Shown: positions 24,201 to 37,744 of the stretch, in pieces
Layout: every line of letters starts with the position of its first letter
Numbering within the stretch: position 1 is the stretch's first letter
NCBI GenBank assembly: GCA_050273025.1
Contig: CP158636.1
Span: 5,270,001-5,334,000, forward strand
Length of the DNA stretch: 64,000 nucleotides
Reading direction: 5' to 3'
DNA from: Cenococcum geophilum
Taxonomy: Eukaryota
Notes under the pieces: generated by a model
Database searches by the model: none
Told to the model about the DNA's origin: nothing
The model's input: the letters and a program-made list of their open reading frames with translations, nothing else
Position numbers and translations under genes: made by a program

Positions 24201-27200
24201 TACGCAAAATTAAGACGCTCTTTTCCCTCTAAATTTTTTCCTTACTAAGGTTTTTTATGGGGTTTTATTGAGGCTTAAGTATACGAAGGATTGGGGACGA
24301 CCCTTTTTAAAGGGGGGGGCATTGTTAGGTGAAACCTGAGTAGATAGTTATATAGCTATAAGGTATGGGCGACCCTAGGGCAACCTAGGGGTGACTTGCC
24401 CGTAAGGCACGTGCTCTGCACGTGCCTAGGGAAAACCCTTCCTACCTCGCACACAGACTCCTCCTTTTCCCTTAAGGATTTGTCTCTGTCTATACAATAT
24501 ACCCATTATTCTATTATTGGACTCCCTATCCATATCCTCACCTTATAGAAGCTTAAGATAAATAGTTTCCTTAATATAGTTAAATAATAACTTTAAGATC
24601 TAGAAGAAATCCACCTAATACTAAATAAGCGAGGCTTATTGGCCACCCCTAAGGAAATCGACTGAAGACTAGAAAGGATCTAGGCAGTAATTAAAAATAG
24701 GCTAGAAGAGCACTGCCCGATTTCAAAACTGGGCCCCTATATGCGATATATATAGTCTATATAATGTGCAGTTTTAGTTACTAGCTAATAATAAGCAAGA
24801 AGGAAATATATAAGTAGCTATAACCCTAAAGATAAGAGATGATATAAAGATATAAGAAACTAGCTAAAGAATACCCTAAAAAAAGAAGTAAGGAATAACT
24901 GGAGACGGTTTATAAATGAGTATATTTTTAACCCGAGCCTCCCCTATAATAAGGGCCTTTGGGTTATAGCGAAATGGGTAAAGAAAAAGGTAAGGCGCTT
25001 AGTAGAAGATTTATATTTACTACCCCTATAAAGAGTAGGAGAATTATAGGCTATAAATAACAATAATAAGAAGGCAAAGATCCTTATAGAAAGGTTCTTT
25101 CCCTAACTAGCTCTAGTAGACCTTAGTAATATTATGGGTAAAACACTAGTGACTTGCCTGTGGGTTAACAGCGATATAATAATAGAGGAAATGGCTAGAA
25201 CTATTAGCCGCCTTTTAAATAATATAGTATTAGGACTAGATAGGATTCTAAATAAGGCCCTAAAAACTTATAGGCTACTTATAGCACCTTAGCTTATAAA
25301 TATAGCTAGAGCATGCTTTGCTATAGGCTACTACTTATAACTTGGAAGATCTATAATGACGGTTATTTTATAAAAAAAAAGGTAAAGCAGATTACTTAAT
25401 CCTAGGAAGCTACCGCCCTATTGCCTTAGAAAACACCCTTAGCAAGATCTTAGAAAGGGTAATAGCGGAACATATAGCAGATATGGTAGAGGAATACGCC
25501 TTACTACTATAAAGCTAAATAGGGGCAAGAAAGAACCGCTTAACACTATTAGCACTTACGCTACTTGCTACTACTATTAGATCTATATAGGCGATGCGAA
25601 AGGACTTTATAGTATTAATACTTAGCCTAGATATTAGTAGTGCCTACAATAATATACCCTATAAGCGTCTCCTATATATCCTTAGGGTAAAGGGCTTTCT
25701 AGAATGGATTATATAATTTATCTAAGGGTTTATAGGCCAGAAAGAAATATTACTAGTCTTTAGCAGATACTAAAGCCCCCCTATTATAGTTACAACAGGA
25801 ATACTATAAGGATTACCCCTCTTGCTTATACTCTTTCTTTTCTTTATAAGTAACCTGCTTAACTCCTTTAAGGAAGGGGCAACCTAGGGGATAGGCTTTA
25901 TTAATAATATAAACCTAATTATATACGGGCTAATAGCTATAGAGAATTGCAGAACACTAGAGAAAGCCTATAACACTTATATAGAATAGGTAAAACGTTA
26001 TAGAGTCTAATTCTTACTAGAGAAATACTAGCTAATCTATTTTATAAGAAAACGCAACTAATCTATAGATCTCTAGCATATAATTCACATTTAAGGCTTT
26101 AGGGGTTAACCAGTTTAAGGCCTAAGGGTATTAGGAGTATGGGTAGATAGTAAGCTCTAGTAGAGCGCATATACGGCGTAAGCGGCCTATAAAGGCCAAG
26201 TATAGTTTATTACTTTATCTAGGATTGTTAATTCTATATAGGGTCTATGCTTTTAGAGGTCACGCCTACTATATATAGCAGTTATCTGGCCAACTATAAT
26301 ATATAGATCCAGTATTTGGGCCATTGGAGAAACTAAGAAGGGCCCCCCTAAATTACTCCTTAAACCACTTTAAAAGGTCTAAATAGCCTACCTTTAGAGT
26401 ATTATAGGCGGGTATAAGCGAACGGCCACAGCACTACTTAAGAAGGAATCTAATATTCCCCCCCTATAGTTATATATTAAAGCCGCTGTAATATAAAGGA
26501 TGTAAAATAAACGCAACTCTAATATTATAAAGTATATTAAGACACGCCTAAGTAAACTATGGAGGGACCCTAAGGTGCCCTATAGGAGAATAAACTAATA
26601 ACCCTAAAGTAGGGAAGAGATATTAGAGAAATAGGTAAAGAAAGTAAAAGAAGAATAGTGCCGCTTTAGGGCCTAGGCCTATATAGAGGAGGAAGGGAGA
26701 CGTATAAGAGGTTAGTAAAGATAATAGTAAGATAGAGAAAGGAACTAAAGTAGAATACGTAAGAACGCTGGGAAACTATCTACCGTAATGTAATACTAGT
26801 TGGACTAATATTAAAGAGGTAAATGGGAGTTAAAGGTATAGAGGCTGACTTAGGTAAGACAAACCTAAGCTATAGTATAATTAATGCTATAGGGGGTAAA
26901 TACCTAAGGGCTCTAAGAAGGCCTAATAAAGGCAGAAAATATAATAGTAACACTCTTAAGAACAGAAATAATAGGACTAAAAGATTGGCTTTACTAGGTG
27001 GGTGTTCTAGTAGGTAGCCTAAGATATAAATATAGCTGGCTAAGACAGACACTAAAACACGTAATACTGCTATGCCCCCTACGCACCAATTAAGAAATAA
27101 TGCTCTTAGTAGCTGGTATAGAGAACTATAATACACTGCTCTTAACATAAAAAGGCCTTAAGGCGGTTACCCAGTGGCTTATTAGTTAAAATGTGCTAAA

Positions 27201-27533
27201 TTAGTTCTAGGTTATAAGGGAAATGGTAATAGAAGGCAAGGGGGCGAGTAGTAGGTGCCCCCTAGTAACTCTACAGTAGTAGAGTAATAGTTTATAATAC
27301 TAGCGCGTCCGTAGGCTTATTACGGCAGCAGTGGTTCCTAAGGAGGTTAAATAGTAAGGTAGTAGAGCACTATAGGCGACTTATAGGCGCTAAGTAGGCA
27401 AGTCCTAAAAGGCGGGGAGATGGATTACGGGGTTTTCTTATTTTTCTTAAATAGAGTTTTCTCCCTATATATAAATAAGGAGTAGTCCGCGTGGGCCTAA
27501 TAGGGATCCGAATTAGACGTTAAGCAATGAATT
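15214..27533 (+). mobile_element. LINE-1: Tad1-like non-LTR retrotransposon (ORF1, APE, RT, C-terminal CCHC), RIPed, interrupted by Gypsy B
   Basis: Colinear with the copy at 37745-43301. APE motifs near 17150-17700, RT motifs SYRPIALENT and GIPQGSPLSP, (ATT)n tail, probable TSD ATTATTATAT (15204-15213, 27534-27543). Confidence 0.88.
17777..24547 (+). mobile_element. Gypsy B: Ty3/Gypsy chromovirus, RIPed; 225-bp LTRs 17777-18001 and 24323-24547
   Basis: TSD GAAGC (17772-17776, 24548-24552); the empty site is seen in LINE-2. gag from 18054, RT (MRLCVDYR, MPFGLTNAP, VYLDD), RNase H, integrase, chromodomain (YLIKWLGW ~23335), PPT AAAGGGGGGGGC. Confidence 0.95.
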
Positions 27534-28934
27534 ATTATTATATAACTAAGTAATTAAGTACACGGTAGGTTAAGCCTAGTTAGGAAATTATATACTAGCT
27601 TAGAGTTAACCAGAGACATAACCATTTAACGCCATTTTACAGCTTTAACAATTTAGGGTGTCTCTATTACTGCAGTAATAGACACCCTAAATAATTAACT
27701 CTCCTAAAGTTTAATATTACCCTAAGCGCTATAGCTCTCCTGCAGTAACTAAGCAGCCTTAACTTCTGCTTAGCGCCAAGTCTTATTATATTACCGCTAA
27801 GCCTTAAGCCTTATTGCATCGCCGCAGAGCCTTATAAGCCTTATTACATTGCCGCCGAGGCCCTTAGCTTAATTAGGCAGTAGGAGGTTGTGGGTTTAGT
27901 TCCCATTCGTAACGTGTTAAAATCATTAAAAAAAACATTATTTCCTATTAATCCACGTATTAGCAAGGCTTTAAATTAATCCTATTATTCTTATCTTATT
28001 TTTAACGCCCCAAGTTATATAAAACCTATGTATTTATATTATGGCCTAATAGGCCACTTAAGAACTTCGGGAAAGTAGTATAATTACGTTGGGCTAGCTC
28101 TAAATTAAATTAAAGCAATTACAGAACTTACCGTACCACTACGCCGCGATAACTTTACATTATAATATCTATAATTTAATTAAATTATAACCCCTTTCTA
28201 AATCTTATAATTGAATATTTCGGCGTATAATACTATGCTAAGGCTTATAATGCAGGTATAGATTACAACTTAAGCATAACTAAATTGCAACGCCGTGGCT
28301 CTATGCCAATTAATTAATATACGGCTCTAAAATTAAGATCTATAACACTAAATGTAGCTAGAAGCGTTGGATATATCGTAAAGACAGCTAACGCGCTAGT
28401 GGTAAGCGAACTAATAGTGTAATAGTAGAATATGGTAGAATATAGCAGGACACGGCTAATACGCTAGTGGTAAGCAAGCTAATGGCGAGGTAGTAAAATA
28501 TGGTAGAATATAGCAGGACGCGCCCAATATATATATATAACGCGCGTCGTAAGTAGAAAAATAATAATCCATTAATAACACCGTATAGTATATATTATTG
28601 TAATATATATATTTTATATGTTATTAAAGCATACTAATACTAATTAGTAAGCGCGTATAGATTGGGAAATACACATTAGTTTAAAAGACGTCTAACGCTC
28701 TACCTTATAACGGCCTTATTTTAGTTAAAGAAAGTACTAAAGATAATCTAAAAGCTTAATAGCTTGCCGTTGCCTATAGACCCTTATTACTGCTAAGAAT
28801 TAAACAATATATTCTAGATTTGGAAGAATATTGCTTCCTACCTTATTAAAAATTAAGTTTTTAACAACTTATATTAACTACCCTTTCTCCCTCCTTACAA
28901 ATACTATAAATACTCTCTCTCTATAAACACTAAC

Positions 28935-31900
28935 TGTATAATTACAGCACCTATTATACCAAACACGTGCTTACGCGTTCGGTACACCAGGTACGCGTTT
29001 ACGCGTTTAGTATACTAACCACTCGCTTACGCGTCTAGTACACTTATAAAGCACTAACTAATTAGGGGGAAGGTGCATCAGTATATAGACCACGTAGTCT
29101 GCTTTATACAATTAACAGTCACCATCTAAACAAGCATACGATACTATATATATTTCATGCCCGTAAATACAACTTACTTATGCTATTAAGTTAGTACAAA
29201 CACTAATTAGTAAGCGCGCACAGATCAGCAATCACTTAACACCTCCCCCCAAGCGATATACACGACAGCAACCACCCGTTTAGACTCCTAGTACAACCTA
29301 CTAAAAGGTCAAAAGTCGGGGATTACGGACTTATCTCCAACTCTATATACTTATTTAAGTCTTAGTACGGTTTACCAGAAGTTATAAACGTAAATACAAA
29401 CCTATACAGAACCCCTATCCTTAACCCCCTTAAACCTTAAACCTCTTTAGACCTTTTATAGAAACCTCCTACCCTCTTATAAACTATTACAGACCCGTTA
29501 ATTGATTTTACAGACCGTTATAAAACCTCCCCCACCTATTATAAGCTGCTACTACCCGCTACGCACTATACTATACTATAGTATGGCAGATATTAGCAAG
29601 CAAGTCAGCAAAGGTCAAAAGAAGTGGAGATAAGGCGTCAACGTTACGTCTATAAACGACGTTAACAACTATATTAGCTTTAAAATCCTTAAATACAGAC
29701 ACTTTAAGCTTATAAATAACGACCTATAAAAGTAATATAAGGAAGACTTTACGGACTTTACGGAAGCTATTTTTAAGGCTTATAACCCTACTGCTATCTA
29801 TAACCTATAAACCCTTTTATATCACTAAGGCGTATAGGTTAAAAGGGACAAACAAGTCACTATTATACGGTCTCTATATAATATACTACGTAAAGAGGAC
29901 TAAATAGAATAGACTAAAGAGCAAATCTTAGATTATATCAAAACTAGTAACCTCTTTGCCTCCTTTAAACTTAACAGAATCTCTAGCCTTATAGCTAACC
30001 TATTTAACTAAATTCGTTCCATAAACCTAAGTAGCATTAGAATTAATCTTACTAGCCAAAGTATACCTAATACTCAAGTTACGGACCACAATACCCCCAT
30101 AACCCAAATTACAGACTATAATACCCCTATAAACCAAAATACGGACTAAATTACCCCTATTATTTAAGTTACAGATTTATAAGCTATATATCCACAAGCT
30201 ATAGATCTATAAGTTATAGATCCGCAACCTACCTAAGTAAAGACCTATAGCAAGGAGCTAGCTAACCTAGCTAAGCTCTATACCAACAAATCCAAGTATA
30301 GCGGTGAAAACGATAACTTTAACTTTAAACTCACTATCTTTACGGACCTTTATTAGAAGGCTAATATTCCTAAATAGGAATTTAGCTAAGCCTACTCTAC
30401 TATACTACGCGGCCTAGCACTTAACCACTACTACACTAACCTTAAGAGTAACCCCCTTAGTGTTCCCTTTAATAAGCTATATAAAGCTACGCGTAACTAC
30501 TTTAAAGGACCGGAATATAAGCGTAATATTCTTACCTAATAGAATGCAACTAAGCTACGGACCGTAATCGATAAGAATACTGAAAAATTAACTATAGAGT
30601 GCCTACAAATTCTCATTAAAGACCTTCGGCACCTATAGCACGGCCTTAACACTAAGCTTTAAACAGATGACTTCCTATATAATAAACTTATTACAGCCTA
30701 CCAGGAAGTAGAGCCCTATAAGTACGCCTACTACAAGCCTATAGATACCTTAGCTAGCCTTATTAATAACCTACGCTCCTCTATTATAACGTATAAAGTC
30801 TTAAACCCACTAGGTAGCACTTAAGCCTTTATTATAGATATTTAATATCCGTAAACAGACTTAAACGTCTACTTTACAGACCGCTGTTACCGCTAGCAGC
30901 ACCCATACCAACCAAGTCCCACCTGTAACCCCTATAGCAACCCCCATATAAAAACATACCCCTGTAGATAAACCAGCCAGAAGTGCTTCGTGTGCGGTAA
31001 GGAAGGATATTAGTCTATAAGGTATACCTAGGAAGAACATAACAAGTCTAGGAAGAGATTTAATAGCCGTATTAACTAGTTTATTTTAAAATACAAAGGA
31101 GAGGAAGTAGAAAAGCCCCCTAATAAGTTAATAGAAGCCCTTATAATTGACTTTAACTTAGACGCTTAGAAACAAGAGACCTTAGAAACATTCCTAACCA
31201 CTTTTAGACCTTTTACAGATAGCCAAGCCTTTAATATTACGACCGTATTAGCCGACCGTTCCTTTATATACTTAGTTACGCCCAAAAACCATTCCGCAAG
31301 TACCCCCATTACGGATATTATAGATTATAAGCAGGACCTATTTACATATATCACCACAGAACGCTATACCCCTAAGGAATTCTACAGTGTTATAATTGAC
31401 ATAGGTGCCTCTAAGAAGTCTACCGTAGGCTATAGACAATACCTCGTATATAGGACCACCACAAATAATAATACGGATATTAATATTACACAAACTAGGG
31501 CCATAAACGTCTAATTCGGCATCAGCTCAACTGCATTAATTAGATCAGTTAAAGTTAAGACTCTAATTAGCCTAGTTAACTTCCACATAGTAAAAGCGGA
31601 CACCCCCTTCCTACTCTATCTTGTAGACATAGATAGGTTATAGGTATACTACAATAATATTATAGACACCCTAATTGGCCCCGCAACTGCCCTAGGAAGT
31701 AAGCATATTACCCTACCAATTATACAACAATTTAGACACCCGTTCCTTATATAGGGAGAGACTTTACGGACCTATATTTAGGAATCTTTCGACTATAACC
31801 CGTGCTACCTTACCAGTACGGAGATCTACCGCCTATACTACCGTTTCGGCCACCCATCAGCCAAAAAGCTGTATAGAGTCCTTAAACGCTTTAGATATAA

Positions 31901-34900
31901 CAACGTTAATAAAAAGGCAATTAACCACCTAACTAAATACTGCTCCTTCTACTAGAAATATAGACGTTCCCTAGGCCAATTTAAGTTCACCCTTTATAAG
32001 GACCTTAACTTTAACCACTTAGTGTATATAGATATTATATACATTAACGGCAATCCAGTATTATATATAATTAACGAGGCAACCCGCTATTAAGCTGCCC
32101 GTTAGTTGTAAAATATATCCATAAAACACACTTAGGATATTTTACGGACCTGCTAAATCAACACATACGTCAGACCTCCGCAGTATATCACCCACAACGC
32201 CGGTAGGAACTTTATTAGTAAGGAATTCCAGTAGTATACTACGGCTATAGCTATATCAACAAAAGCTGTTCCAGTTAAGGCGCATTAGTCTATTAGGCTT
32301 ATTAAGCGAGCTTACCTAGCCTTATAGAGAGCTTACTAGATTATTATAGACAAGTATAAGGACATCTAAAAGGAACTAGCTTTACAGATGGCCGTAAAAG
32401 CTGTTAACAATACCACTAGCCCTAACGGACTAGTACCCACCCTCTTAGTTTACGGAGCCTACCTAAGGATAAGCAACCTAAGCCCTCCTACCCCGTCTAT
32501 TACGGAACGAGCAGCTATAATATAGAAGGCAATAACTAAAATAGTCAAGCTACGGGCCAAGTAAGCTATTAATAACGCCCTACACTACCGCAACAGACCT
32601 AACATGACCCCAGTACACGACCTCCCGCTTAACTCTAAAGTCCTTATATAGCGTAAAAGCGGCAGTTAGAATGGACCTTATTATCTACTAGCCGTAGAAA
32701 ACAAGACGTGCTGCGTATAGCTTCCTAGTAGGCTAACCAGCTTCAGAAGCACGTCCATAAAACCCTACTTTCGGCCCAAAAACACCCATAACGTCAAACC
32801 AGACAAACTAGAAGCACCTATCAAACTAGATAAACCGGAAGCACCCACCAAATCAAACAAACTAGAAGCACCTTTGCCTACCCCAAAAGTCCCCCAGAAA
32901 CCCACTAAACCTACTAAACCTACCGTAAAGCATAGTCAAGAACGCCCCCGAAAGCACCCCGTAACTAAAAACACTATAATAGAAAATTACCTAACCTCCA
33001 CAAGAATATCCGCAAGGCAATCTTCACCTATAGATATATTAGTTCTAGTATAGGAAACCCCATTTATAGACTTATAACATAAAGAGATTAACGGACTACT
33101 TAAAAAGGGTATCTTTGCGGTTATAATAGAGAAAGACGTCCCACAAGGCGTCCGTATATTTAACTCACACTTTATTAACAAGATTAAGCACCCTAGTACT
33201 AACAAAGCCTTTAAGAAATTAAGGCTTATTATATAAGCTTATAACGACAAGGGAAAGGACTTAGTCCTTATATAATCGCCTACAATTTAACAAGTCAGCC
33301 AATAAATTATACTTATACTTACGCCGGGACTATAGCAAACTAAACCCGTAGCCCTATACTTACGGGACATCTTATAAGCCTACATACAGTCCAATACCTA
33401 CCTAAGTAGGGACATCTTTATACGACTACCCCATAAGCTTAACCTATAACTAGGAATAATTTTACGGGTCATAAAACCTCTTTATAGAGTACTAGAAGCT
33501 AGGAACTACTAGTTTAAGACATACCACCAGCATTACGTTAGTAAGCTTAAAATAGAACAGTTAACCTACAACCCCTACCTCCTATACAGCCCATCGAACG
33601 GCCTTAGTATTATTAGACTTCAAACAGATAATACCCTATTCTTAGCAGACCAGACCTTTACGGACGCTAAAGAAACTAAACTACAAAAGGCCAAGTTCTT
33701 AGCAAAGCCGCAAAAGCAGTTAACTAAGCAAAATCTAATTAAGTTTAATAGAGGCCTAATTACATAAAAGGGCAACCTAATTAAGCTAACTTAGGAACGC
33801 TAAGCTTAAAACCTAAAGCTTATTATAGCAAAGCCTATAAACCTTACTAGTTCCCACAGAGAGACCCATAAAACCGTAAATATAAAGAACTAATACGCTG
33901 CACAGCGTGTAAGAGGCGCCTATATTGCCACAGTCTGCTAACCTAAATCTGCCTACAACTTATCCTTTATAGCCCAGGCAGTAGATCCGTAAGAAGAAAA
34001 TATTAAGCAGCTTAATAAGCGCATTTAGTGGCAAATTAATAATACAGCAAGGGAACTTACTTTTATACCACTAGACCTAAATTCCCTTAGCCTACTAGCA
34101 TTTACGGACGCCTCCTTTACCAATAACAAAGACCTATCATTACAAATTGGCTTTATAATTATACTTACGGACCGCAATTAGGACGTAAATATACTACACT
34201 AGTCTTTAATTAAGTGCAAATAAGTAACCCATAGTATACTAGCTTCTAAACTATATACACTAGCTTATAAATTTAATATAGCAGCTATAATTAAATTAAC
34301 GGTCCAGAAGATTCTACAACTAGAGCAGTTACCCCTAGTTTTATACACTAATTTAAAGTCCCTTTACAACTACCTAGTTAAACTAGGTACGACACAAGAG
34401 AAGAGGCTCATAGTTAACCTAATGTGCTTACATTAGGCCTACAAACAACGTGAGATTACAGAGGTTAAATAGATCAGCAGCGGAGACAACCTAGCAGACG
34501 CCATGACTAAGGCAAAGCCGTATCAAGCCCTTAAAACCCTAATTAATACAAATAAGCTCAACCTAAAAGTTATAAAATAGGTAGAACGGGACTAACGGAG
34601 CACCTATAGTATATCTACGGCCCGTTAGAAGGCTATACGGCTCATTATACGGTACAGGTGGAAAACGGTAGAAAGCTATAGTGGAACTTAGTAGACTCAC
34701 ATAACCTGCCAAATTTTGCAGGGTGGTTGAATTAACCAATCACGATTTTCCATCCCCGGGATAGAAAATCGCCATTAGTTCGCTTAGCACTAGCGCCTTA
34801 GCGGCCCTTAAAATCTAACTTACAGCTTATCTACTGCCCGTCAAAAGGCTGTACGGTTCATTTTACAGACCATAAGCAGAACTTACGGCTAGCTTAGGGC

Positions 34901-35297
34901 ACCGTTTAGAAGGCAGCCTAAACGGCACCTTAGGGAGATTTCCTATATATTTTCCTTTGTGTTCTATAGTTTTATTAAAGCAATTACGAAGGCTGTACAC
35001 AGGTGGTTTCATTTTTCAAGTACTGCCAGTGTATAATTACAGCACCTATTGTACCAAACGCGTGCTTATGCGTTCGGTATACTAGGTACGCGTTTACGCG
35101 TTTAGTGTACTAACCACTCGCTTACGCGTCTGGTGCACTTATAAAGCACTAACTAATTAGGGGGGAGGTGCATCAATATATAGACCACGTAGTCTGCTTT
35201 ATATAATCGATAGTTACTATCCAAACAAGTATATGATACTACATGTATTTCATGCCCGTGGATACAACTCACTCATACTATTAAGTTAGTACGAACA
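28935..35297 (+). mobile_element. Copia D: Ty1/Copia (GalEa-like), RIPed; 268-bp LTRs 28935-29202 and 35030-35297
   Basis: TSD CTAAC (28930-28934, 35298-35302). gag-pol remnant ~29583-34595 with KCFVCGK, RFGHPS, AFTDASF, NPADAMTK. CTAATTAGT after the 5' LTR. Confidence 0.93.
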
Positions 35298-37744
35298 CTA
35301 ACACCCTCTATTAACAACCTCTTTATAACTAGATAAGATGGCTATACCTATAAACTAAAAGGTAGAGGCAGAGTAATAGAAGAATAGAATTAATATATAA
35401 ACTGCGACTAACGATAATATTATAGACTATATTTAGTTTAAGATATAGGAATATAATAACAATAACTCTATTAACAGCGCTTTATAGGACTACTTTTAAG
35501 AAGACTTTAAAGAGTTTATTATGGATATATTCTCTTAAGCTAGCACCAAAACCCTTAAGAATCTTTTCCTCCTTCTTTGTAAAGGAGGAGTGTATATACA
35601 TAAGAACGATAAACGTACTAAGCTTATACAAGTTTTGGCTAATATACTACTTAAAGAAACTTAACATAAATAGAGCTAAGAAGAATTTAATAAAGCCTAT
35701 AAAGAGCAATCTAATGGCACCTTTAAGTCTAATATACTTACTAATATATTTATACACGGCTTAAAACACAAGACTGCATAAACCCTTATACCTTAATTAA
35801 TACCCAAAAGCACACCTATAACGACTCTACTAATGTCTTAAATAACTCCGCCTCTAAGTCCACTACTCCCACCTCCGTAAGCCACAATACCTACTACTAC
35901 TATACCCGTTACTATAGCACCTACTTCTATACTAGGGTATAGAAAGGAACTAGTAAATATAGCTAAGTTATATACAGACGACTAGAAATACAGTAGTACT
36001 AGCGGAAACTTTAACTTTAAGTTAACAATCTTCTATAATATCTGTAATAGAGCAGACGTTCCACCTAATACCTACCTTAAGGCTCTCCCACTTATGCTAT
36101 AAGGCCTAGCTCTAAATCACTACTATAATACTAGACTTGCTATACTTACGTTTAAGGACGCTTATAAGTTACTTTATAGCTTCTTTAGAGGACCTAGTTC
36201 TAAACGCAAAAGCCTTAATAAATGGAATTTAATATCACTATAGATAGTTATATAAAAGAATACGGACAAATTAACTAGTTAATATCTTTAGATACTAGTT
36301 ACTAAACTCTCTTAACTATAGTATGGACTAAATTTAGAACTATAAGGAGTCCCATTCCTCTACAATAAGCTTATTATATCTTATTAGGGGATTCCCATAT
36401 ATTAAATTACTATATTAGATCCACCAGATAAACTAGGCCCCCTTATTAATAAACTATAATCCTTAATTACGGCTTATAAAAAGCAGAACTTAAAATAAGT
36501 TTAAGCCTATTATATAAACCGCCAATACCTTAAAAGGAGAGACAACTATAACCAAAATCACAATTATAATTAACCTCAATTCCCTCCTTAATATAAACCA
36601 TGTTGCTTTATATATAATAAGAAGAACTGTCGCTTATAGAAGTATAGTAAGAAAAAATAAGAAGAGGTGAAGGCTTAGTTTAGAAGTATTAATAAGGACA
36701 AGTTTAATAAGTTTAATAATCGCTTTACTTAACGCCTTAATTAATACATCGCCGACTATAAGGACAATAATAGTATTAACTTAAAAGAAGAGCTTAAAGA
36801 AGTCTTTTATACACTAACTATTAATGCAAGTACTAAGACAGTTAACTAGAATAATTAGTTGCATATTAATTACTTCTATATATCCTTTAGTCAAGTTAAG
36901 TAATAAAAAGTAACCCCTATAGCTACTAACCTAGCAAATAAGGCCTTTAATTATTTAGTTATAACTATAGATAGCGTAACTCCTTTTATATAAACACCTC
37001 TCGTAACTAATAAAGACCTATTTACTTATAATACGACTATATCCCGCTATACTATAGACCGCTTTTTAGGTATTATAATTAATATAGGAGCCTCTAAACG
37101 CTCTACGGCAGGATATAGTTAGTTCTTAGCATTTTAAAGACTTAATACTAATATATAACTTAATATAACTACATAAGGCATAGTTAACGTATAATTCGGT
37201 ATTAGATTAACCTCATTAATTAGATTAGCTAAAGTGGCTACCCCTATTAGCATAATCGAGTTTTATATTATTAAGGTTAATACCCTATTTTTACTTTACT
37301 TAGCAGATATAGACCACCTATAAGTATATTTTAATAACTTAAAGAACTTACTAGTCATATTTCGCAGTATAGTACTAGTTATACGTCATTTTGGCTACCC
37401 TTTCCTACTTTAGAATATATCCCTACGTACTTATTTAACTAAGTTATTTAAGTAAAACCCTTACTACTTAACCGATATGGAACTAAAATAACTATATCGC
37501 CGTTTTAGCCACCCTTTAGTTAAGCGCCTTATATAAGTACTTAAGTGCTTAGGATATAATATTAATAGCAAGACCTTAGACCATCTTATACGCTACTACC
37601 ATTATTATTAAAAACATGGAAAATTACCTAGTAGATTTAGATTTATAATATATAATAATGTTAATTTTAACTACTTAATTATGGTTAATATTATATATAT
37701 TAACGGCGTACCCCTTTTATATATTATTAATAAAGGAATATAAT

